From an uncultured virus (IMG/VR IMGVR_UViG_3300032050_007618) (Duplodnaviria; Heunggongvirae; Uroviricota; Caudoviricetes): a stretch of 64,000 bases of DNA. This document shows, in pieces, positions 57,592 through 64,000 of this stretch (its first letter is position 1; each line of letters starts with the position of its first letter). Location: IMG/VR virus record IMGVR_UViG_3300032050_007618, one strand, 5' to 3'. The translations under genes and the position numbers were made by a program. The notes under the pieces are model-generated. The model did no database searches, was not told the DNA's origin, and saw only the letters and a program-made list of their open reading frames with translations.

Positions 57592-57936
57592 TTATCTAAA
57601 AAACTTATTTACGATCAGTAAATATATAACAAGTGTAAACACATAAATTACCGGAAATATGTAAAATGTGGAGAAAATCCATGAAGATAGTAGAGTAAAC
57701 CAGAATCCAATACACCATGGACAATTAACAAGTTTGGTAAAAAAGTTTGGATATGTTTGTTTTAGCCACGACAAATATTCCAAACTGAAATCACTTTCTT
57801 GTGCTTTTTCAAATTCACCAATTTTAAACAGACGTTTCAAATTAAATAGGTTGCAGTATTCAACAAACGCTTCTGTATGAAACCACACAACCAAAAACGT
57901 AACTCCGATAAATATTGTATTTAGTATGTCGATCAT
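57592..57936 (-). CDS. Membrane protein with CPWC motif (DUF1360-like)
   Basis: Hydrophobic segments and KLVNCPWCIGFW. Confidence 0.6.
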   Translation of the reverse strand: MIDILNTIFIGVTFLVVWFHTEAFVEYCNLFNLKRLFKIGEFEKAQESDFSLEYLSWLKQTYPNFFTKLVNCPWCIGFWFTLLSSWIFSTFYIFPVIYVFTLVIYLLIVNKFFR

Positions 57937-58838
57937 AATGATTTAAATGCGTAGTTATTCTTGTTAACAAACTCTCTCAAGCAGTTTCCTAGTTCTGATT
58001 CGGCTTTGCTTTTAAAGTTATTTCTATCTTCAAAATAAGTGATGTATTCCTTGTATGGATTGTGTCTCAATAAATAGTTTTCTGCCACAATGATGTTTTC
58101 CATTAAATATTGTTGAAAATCTACTTTATTGAGTTTCATTATTTGTGCTGCAAACATGACATAGGTATCATCCACACCGTAGGGACCAAGAACGTCTGGT
58201 ATATCGGTAAACGTAAGTAGATTGGAACTAATTAGATTGAACCACCCACCTCCAAACTTGGTTGGATCACACTTGATAAGATTTACATCTTCACTATATG
58301 ACTTGCGGTTTACTTCAAAATACGGATTGATGTTTCGTTCACTTCCATATTTGTTGTTGATAAACTGATGATTCACCAAGTGATCCCACGTTTGATCCCA
58401 AATCTTGGTGATTTGAGGTGTAATAATGTAGTATTGATTCTTAACCTGTTTTGCACAATGTATAGAATACGCTAGAATACCAGATGGAAATACCAAATCC
58501 GAATCCAAATATAGAAACGCATCTACATCTTTGCCATACTTACGAACGCTATTACGACGTTTGTCGTTGATACCTCTACAACTACCGTGGTCATCAACAT
58601 CAAAGATATAGTTTCTCGCCCAACTAGTGTGAGTCACATATTTACTCATTGACTCAAACTTATCAATAAAAAAATCCTTGGGTATCTTGGTCTTATTCCA
58701 GTCAACCGTATTCAGATTGAGCGTAACATCCAAGGTTATTTCTGACGAATCAATCATCTCTTGACTCAGCACGGTCAACTGACGTTCAAATTCGTCTAAC
58801 TCATGAGGTAGAAGATGTGTAACAATTTGTATTTTCAT
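57933..58838 (-). CDS. Putative GT-A glycosyltransferase
   Basis: YLDSD (DxD), GGGWF and YGVDDT; lies in the glycan operon. Confidence 0.65.
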   Translation of the reverse strand: MKIQIVTHLLPHELDEFERQLTVLSQEMIDSSEITLDVTLNLNTVDWNKTKIPKDFFIDKFESMSKYVTHTSWARNYIFDVDDHGSCRGINDKRRNSVRKYGKDVDAFLYLDSDLVFPSGILAYSIHCAKQVKNQYYIITPQITKIWDQTWDHLVNHQFINNKYGSERNINPYFEVNRKSYSEDVNLIKCDPTKFGGGWFNLISSNLLTFTDIPDVLGPYGVDDTYVMFAAQIMKLNKVDFQQYLMENIIVAENYLLRHNPYKEYITYFEDRNNFKSKAESELGNCLREFVNKNNYAFKSL

Positions 58839-59920
58839 AGTTTTTTACAGGTATGTAGTGCAGATCCAATTACTTGATGCATGTCATAGTATCGGTATTC
58901 TGCCAATCTACCTCCAAATATAACATTGATTTCATTTTCGGTCAACGCTTTATACTTTTCATATACAGGCGTATTAACTTTATCATTGACGGGATAATAC
59001 GGTTCAAGACCCTCTCCGTACTCTCTTGGATATTCACGGGTAATATAGGTGAAGTCTGTATTGACAGGATCAAAATGTTTATGTTCAACTATACGGGTTT
59101 CTGGATGATGTAATTCGGTATAATTAACAACCGCATTACCTTGATAATCTGGAACCTCAACTCGCTCGGTTTCAAATTTAAGACTTCTGTAATTTAATTG
59201 ACCGAATCTGTAGTTATAATAAGCGTCAATTGGACCGGTATAAATTACTTTTTTTGCTATACTATTAAACGACTCTTTGTTTTGCAAATAATCTTCATTT
59301 AATCGTACTTCAATTCCATTCAATAACTTTTCAAATATCTGAGTGTATCCTCCAATAGGAATACCTTGATACGTGTCGTTAAAGTAATTATCATCGTGGT
59401 TAAAACGTATCGGCAATCGTTTGATAATGGATGCTGGTAAATCAATTGGATGTCTTCCCCACTGTTTGGTTGTATACCCTTTTATAAACATCATATAAAT
59501 GTCTACTCCAACTTGGGATACGATCCACTCTTCCAAGTTTTTAGGGTTGTCGTTTTTGACCCGAACTTCTTCTAGTTTCTTTTTTGCTTCTTCTGGTGTA
59601 GTTACGCCATAAATTTGATGTAATGTAAACAGATTAATCGGAAAAGAGTATAGTGAGTTCTTATAAAATACCTTTGGACGGTTGATAAAGTTATTAAACT
59701 TAGCAAACTGGTTTACGTAATCCCAAATTTCTTTGTTGGATGTATGAAAGATGTGAGGTCCGTAAACATGAACATTGATACCGTCTTTGTTTTCGGTATA
59801 ACAGTTGCCTCCAATATGGTTGCGTTTATCAATAACCAAACATTTGTTGCCTTTTTTGGTTAGTTCATGCGCACATACTGATCCAAACAAACCGCTTCCT
59901 ACAATCAGATAATCGTACAT
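58835..59920 (-). CDS. glf: UDP-galactopyranose mutase
   Basis: IVGSGLFG, HIGGNCY, YGPHIFHT, YQGIP..GYT, RIVEHKHF and GRLAEYRYYDMH. Confidence 0.97.
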   Translation of the reverse strand: MYDYLIVGSGLFGSVCAHELTKKGNKCLVIDKRNHIGGNCYTENKDGINVHVYGPHIFHTSNKEIWDYVNQFAKFNNFINRPKVFYKNSLYSFPINLFTLHQIYGVTTPEEAKKKLEEVRVKNDNPKNLEEWIVSQVGVDIYMMFIKGYTTKQWGRHPIDLPASIIKRLPIRFNHDDNYFNDTYQGIPIGGYTQIFEKLLNGIEVRLNEDYLQNKESFNSIAKKVIYTGPIDAYYNYRFGQLNYRSLKFETERVEVPDYQGNAVVNYTELHHPETRIVEHKHFDPVNTDFTYITREYPREYGEGLEPYYPVNDKVNTPVYEKYKALTENEINVIFGGRLAEYRYYDMHQVIGSALHTCKKL

Positions 59921-59923
59921 AAC

Positions 59924-60871
59924 TTATTTTGAAACAATTTGATTCACCACATTAAGATAATGTTTTACGACATTTTCCCATGCAAAATTCGTAATTCCAT
60001 ACTGACGAATTTCTTCACGGTGTAACAAAGATTGCTGTCTATTTGTTTCAATAACACCACGAATATAATTCAAATCATAGATCTTATTTTCAGAGACTAC
60101 GCTGATATATGGTTTTGTCAAATCCAAATTAGCGACAGAACATTCTGAAATAACCACTCCAAGTCCTGCCATCAACGCTTCTTTGGTAACAAGAGGATCT
60201 GCTTCTCCATCGCTTAACAAGACCAAATTGGCATAATTGGTTAGATTTTCATATAGTGTTGGTTTATCCCACTCACCAATATAGTTTGTACGTGAAAAAT
60301 CAAAACGATTGTCGTCTTTATTTCCAACAAAATCAATGCCGTTGATGTTTTGATACAACCATTGACGTTTTCTATCGGTGATCTTAGCTAGATACACGCT
60401 CTTTCCGGGTTTAGAAGGTGTCGATGTATATTTAAACAGGTCTTGTCTAGCGCCATTACATACAACGTATAGTCTATTATCGTTTACACCATAGTGTTTA
60501 TATACGTTCTTGATGCCTTCTGATAAACAAACGATGTTGAAATCTCCACGAACAAACGCTTCAAAGATTCTAACGTAACCACCATAACGATGTGGTTGTT
60601 CTAAATAACCATAGTGAGTAGTTGCAGCCTTGTGTTTACAATTAATATACGGTAACACGTCGTACAAATCGTCATATTGAAGATGTACGAAGTCAGGGTT
60701 GTATTGGTTAACTTGATTGACAATCTCTCGACGGTCCTGAGTATTAACAATTTGTACTTCGTGACCCAATTTAGTCAATTCGATATTATAATCCCATATG
60801 AGAGATTCTACAGCACCCCATCCTTTTGGAGGAATGGGCATAATTCCCGGTCCAATAATTGAAATTTTCAT
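59924..60871 (-). CDS. GT4-family glycosyltransferase
   Basis: PIPPKGWGAVE, RKRQ and LLSDGEADPLVTKEA. Confidence 0.85.
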   Translation of the reverse strand: MKISIIGPGIMPIPPKGWGAVESLIWDYNIELTKLGHEVQIVNTQDRREIVNQVNQYNPDFVHLQYDDLYDVLPYINCKHKAATTHYGYLEQPHRYGGYVRIFEAFVRGDFNIVCLSEGIKNVYKHYGVNDNRLYVVCNGARQDLFKYTSTPSKPGKSVYLAKITDRKRQWLYQNINGIDFVGNKDDNRFDFSRTNYIGEWDKPTLYENLTNYANLVLLSDGEADPLVTKEALMAGLGVVISECSVANLDLTKPYISVVSENKIYDLNYIRGVIETNRQQSLLHREEIRQYGITNFAWENVVKHYLNVVNQIVSK

Positions 60872-61491
60872 GATATATAAACGTCGTTATCTTTAATTCT
60901 AGCGTCAAACATATAACCTTTTAGGGCCATATATTCACGATAAGAGTCTTCATTAAAAATGTTTTCCAACATGATAACTTTGGGTTTGAGTAAACTAAGT
61001 CCGTTCATGACTTCTAACTCCCAACCTTCAGTATCAACTGAAAGAATATCGATTTGTTCGATATTCGCTTCTTTAATTATTGTATCCAAACGACGTTGTT
61101 TAACTTTAATTTGGGTTTTGTTTAATTTATTTACCCAACCTTTTGATATTGACTGATATGATTCTTTGATCTTTAAAGAAGAAAAGGCATGATCGGTAAC
61201 ACTGCCACCTGTGATATGAACTATTGTAAAATCTACATCATCTTCGTCAGTCTCAGACGCGGCATATTCATATATTTCATTTCCAATATCACGGTGTTGT
61301 TTAGCAAATGTCGGATTTGGTTCTACAATAACAGTTCTCCATCCGTTTAATGTAAAGTGACGAGATACAGATATAAACTCTGGAGTTGCACCGCCGACTT
61401 CAACCAATGTACCTTTGTAACCATAATCTGGAAAGTATTTTGATCTAAGAAATTGGTCTTCTTTATGTTCTGCAAAAAATGATTCGTTCAT
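60868..61491 (-). CDS. FkbM-family methyltransferase
   Basis: VEVGG, VEPNP and IDILSVDTEGWELEV. Confidence 0.88.
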   Translation of the reverse strand: MNESFFAEHKEDQFLRSKYFPDYGYKGTLVEVGGATPEFISVSRHFTLNGWRTVIVEPNPTFAKQHRDIGNEIYEYAASETDEDDVDFTIVHITGGSVTDHAFSSLKIKESYQSISKGWVNKLNKTQIKVKQRRLDTIIKEANIEQIDILSVDTEGWELEVMNGLSLLKPKVIMLENIFNEDSYREYMALKGYMFDARIKDNDVYIS

Positions 61492-62237
61492 ACAAGTATT
61501 TTTAGTACGGGTAAATGTTGTCCGTTCAACTGTATATATACATTAAACAATGACGGATTACGCTTACAAATATAAGCTAATGCAATTTGTTCGTTATTAA
61601 TCATGTTTTGATCTAACATTTCTTCTTGTAAAAATTTCAATGTAAGATCTGATACTTGAGTTACGTATTCATGATGGCCACCAAAGAAAGTTCCTACCAA
61701 TACACAATCCGACATCCATTTATAGTTATCGTCAATGGGAATTCTGTTGGTATTATAATTACCTTGAATCAAAAATTTTGGTGGAAGTTTGTCGGGATTT
61801 GGAAACGATTTTGGAAGATTCTCAAAAAAACGACTACACCCAGCGTCCATCCAAAAGAAATACTCTGAATTGAATGGATTTTCTTTTATAGTACGTTTCA
61901 ACCATTCAAATTTAGAGTATTGAATAATGTTATACATTGGCAATACACACTCAACTCTATTTGGATGTTTGATTTTTTGTAGATACTCAGGATTGTTCAA
62001 TATACTCTGTATTGTCCCACATTTGTTATATAAAGGTATTTGATCGGGTGAAGTCACAATAACCTTAATATTAGGTTTTTGTGGAATGTATGGAACCACA
62101 CCCGATTCGGTGTATATAACATAGTTGCATGAAAGAGATAATGTTTCTGGAAGCCATTTAAGATAGTCTCTAAAAGGTCTACCGTCACCACGTTGTTCAC
62201 GATTGATGTTATAAAGTGCCGTTACGATTGTTGTCAT
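61488..62237 (-). CDS. HtrL/YibB (WlaTC)-like glycosyltransferase
   Basis: TIVTALYNI.R, Y..IQ.SK, NPFNSEYFFWMDAG, G.FFGG and NEQ. Confidence 0.8.
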   Translation of the reverse strand: MTTIVTALYNINREQRGDGRPFRDYLKWLPETLSLSCNYVIYTESGVVPYIPQKPNIKVIVTSPDQIPLYNKCGTIQSILNNPEYLQKIKHPNRVECVLPMYNIIQYSKFEWLKRTIKENPFNSEYFFWMDAGCSRFFENLPKSFPNPDKLPPKFLIQGNYNTNRIPIDDNYKWMSDCVLVGTFFGGHHEYVTQVSDLTLKFLQEEMLDQNMINNEQIALAYICKRNPSLFNVYIQLNGQHLPVLKILV

Positions 62238-62955
62238 AAAGATATTTAAATTGATGAACCAAAGGATGAGAGGTCTGTCTCCAATAATGGTTTCTGTGAC
62301 ATTCGATTATTTCCGGATTGTATATTTCATGTTCTCCTTGCAGTGCAAATAAAATAGGAAGTATTACATCGTGTGCAAAAACAGCGTAAAATGTTTTTGT
62401 TATACGTGGTAAAAAAGTAGGATCTTGTTCGGTCACATACTTATATGATTTTAAAAAGGTTTCACAATGGATTATTGCCGGGGTTGCTCCCCAACAGTTA
62501 ATATCAATCGCACCGGGAGTTTGTGCAAGTATAGTTCTTAGTGCCGAAGGCAATCCCCAGTTAATTCTGGATCCCAATAATTTGGCACCTTCTGGCAAAG
62601 ACAATGGACCACGAACAAGAGTATCAGGATCCATCAACAATAAATAATCAGATTGACAGAATTCTATTGCTTGTTTGACGCGGTTTAAAAATGAACGTGT
62701 TGCGAATAATATTTTTTCTTGAAAGTATGGTTCTACAAAGTTTTGATCGTTTACTTGTTTGATTATATACATTGTATCTTCTACATGGTTTATTTTAATA
62801 TTGTTTAAAGATAACAACGAATCAAAATTGGTATTTGAACTTTCTGTGGTTAGATAAATTTTGGAATATGGATATATTTTTCTGAACATTGGTAATGAAA
62901 ATTCCAATGCTCGTACTTCGTTGTAACACGTAACTAATACACCCAACGTACTCAT
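62209..62955 (-). CDS. GT2-like glycosyltransferase
   Basis: VTCYNE and YLLLMDPD. Confidence 0.65.
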   Translation of the reverse strand: MSTLGVLVTCYNEVRALEFSLPMFRKIYPYSKIYLTTESSNTNFDSLLSLNNIKINHVEDTMYIIKQVNDQNFVEPYFQEKILFATRSFLNRVKQAIEFCQSDYLLLMDPDTLVRGPLSLPEGAKLLGSRINWGLPSALRTILAQTPGAIDINCWGATPAIIHCETFLKSYKYVTEQDPTFLPRITKTFYAVFAHDVILPILFALQGEHEIYNPEIIECHRNHYWRQTSHPLVHQFKYLYDNNRNGTL

Positions 62956-63890
62956 TTTATAACATTATTAATATTGTCTTCAAAAACTTTAATGAAGTTT
63001 TCATGAGACCACTCATTATAGTATTTTTCCAACGGACCAAAACCGTTATTTATGATTTCTTTTAACGAATTATCTTCTGCACAAATAGATGGTTGAGTAT
63101 TCCAAATGTGTGAAAACATATTACTACGACAAATTGCAATCGGACGTTTGACTGATAAAGCGTAATCTATAGATGATGATATTCCGTTATAACTGGTGTA
63201 TTTTTGGTAGAAGAAGATATTAAGGTCATTGCCAGCAAGAAATGTTAATAATTCATCGTCACTTATAAAGTTTGTAGTAATCTTCAACGTTATGTTAGGA
63301 TTGTTGATAATACGATTTGCCACAAATTTGATTGTTTCAATATCTCTTGTATTTTCACAAAAATGAGAATGTGTTAGATGTAATCGTAGTTCGATAGGAA
63401 ACGTTGTCCTATAAAAGTTATCTCTAACACATGCGCATAACGTTTCATATTGTTTGGATGCAAAGCCAAATCCAAAAGATCCAATTTTAAGTACGTTTGG
63501 ATTCAAATTAAGGTTGTTGGTGTATTCAAACAAGGGTCTCAACAGACGATAGTTATTTTCATTTGGTTGATAATTGGGGTCTTGGTGTAAGTAAAAATCA
63601 AAGAATGTCGAATATGCAACATTATGAACTATCGTTCCTTGTTTGATGCCTAATTGACGTAGTTCATCTACATACATTTTATCAACCCAAGGCATCGTAC
63701 CCGTAAGATGATTGTATACAATAACTTGAGGTTTATGAGTGTCAACTTCTTTTTGAAATTCTTCACGATTGTCCATTTCCAAATAATGAACAACTAAGTT
63801 ATTTGATTTGGAAATAATAGACGATACGCGTTTACCATATTGGTATACGCCGCAGTTTTGTATTTTATGGTTAACCAAGAATATTTTCAT
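62952..63890 (-). CDS. Putative GT-B glycosyltransferase
   Basis: CGVYQYG, IGSFGFG..K and D..IF.Y...GISS..D.ALS..RP. Confidence 0.6.
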   Translation of the reverse strand: MKIFLVNHKIQNCGVYQYGKRVSSIISKSNNLVVHYLEMDNREEFQKEVDTHKPQVIVYNHLTGTMPWVDKMYVDELRQLGIKQGTIVHNVAYSTFFDFYLHQDPNYQPNENNYRLLRPLFEYTNNLNLNPNVLKIGSFGFGFASKQYETLCACVRDNFYRTTFPIELRLHLTHSHFCENTRDIETIKFVANRIINNPNITLKITTNFISDDELLTFLAGNDLNIFFYQKYTSYNGISSSIDYALSVKRPIAICRSNMFSHIWNTQPSICAEDNSLKEIINNGFGPLEKYYNEWSHENFIKVFEDNINNVIK

Positions 63891-64000
63891 ATTTGAGAAA
63901 TCAAATCTTCCGGAAATATTTGATCAAATTTATAGTTGTTTACATTTAAAGTAGGATGTATCCACCAATCTTCAAATCCATTATTATTCAAATGATTTAA
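63887..64000 (-). CDS. C-terminus of a truncated CDS, probably an FkbM-type methyltransferase
   Basis: LNHLNNNGFEDWWIHPTLNVNNYKFDQIFPEDLISQI*; the stop overlaps the next ATG; FEDWW.HP is typical of FkbM-like C-termini. Confidence 0.5.
   Translation of the reverse strand, partial: LNHLNNNGFEDWWIHPTLNVNNYKFDQIFPEDLISQI

Noticed and set aside
1..64000. Stop-codon reassignment as seen in some large phages
   Set aside because: Conserved genes (nrdA, nrdB, uvsX, sheath, glf) are full-length in the standard code and coding density is high.

Overview
This window is a 64-kb fragment of a large, T4-like contractile-tailed phage genome, read in the standard genetic code. I found no tRNA, rRNA, CRISPR array or integrase. 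From 1 to 57,296 the genes lie on the + strand in this order: (i) two proline-poor collagen-like fibre proteins with chaperone and adhesin partners; (ii) three glycosyltransferases, two of them clear homologues of Aah/TibC autotransporter O-heptosyltransferases; (iii) tail sheath, a holin-like/nucleotidase/nucleotidyltransferase insert, tail tube, a hub/chaperone gene with an apparent programmed frameshift, tape measure and baseplate genes; (iv) a short divergent family-A polymerase, gp32-like SSB, RecA/UvsX, 5'-3' exonuclease, helicase and NrdAB; (v) a MoxR-type ATPase/VWA pair, a DUF4338/DruA-like gene, UvsE, a clamp-loader subunit, dNMP kinase and a dTDP-deoxysugar operon with a C-methyltransferase. 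From 57,297 to 64,000 a convergent minus-strand glycan operon carries glf, several glycosyltransferases and FkbM methyltransferases. The most notable candidate system is a phage-encoded virion glycosylation pathway acting on Thr/Ser-rich collagen fibres. Also notable are a TATTTAT(A/T) late-promoter regulon that includes enzymes with propeptide-like N-termini, and several small ORFs missed by the ORF track. All product calls come from motif recognition by eye; no database searches were run.
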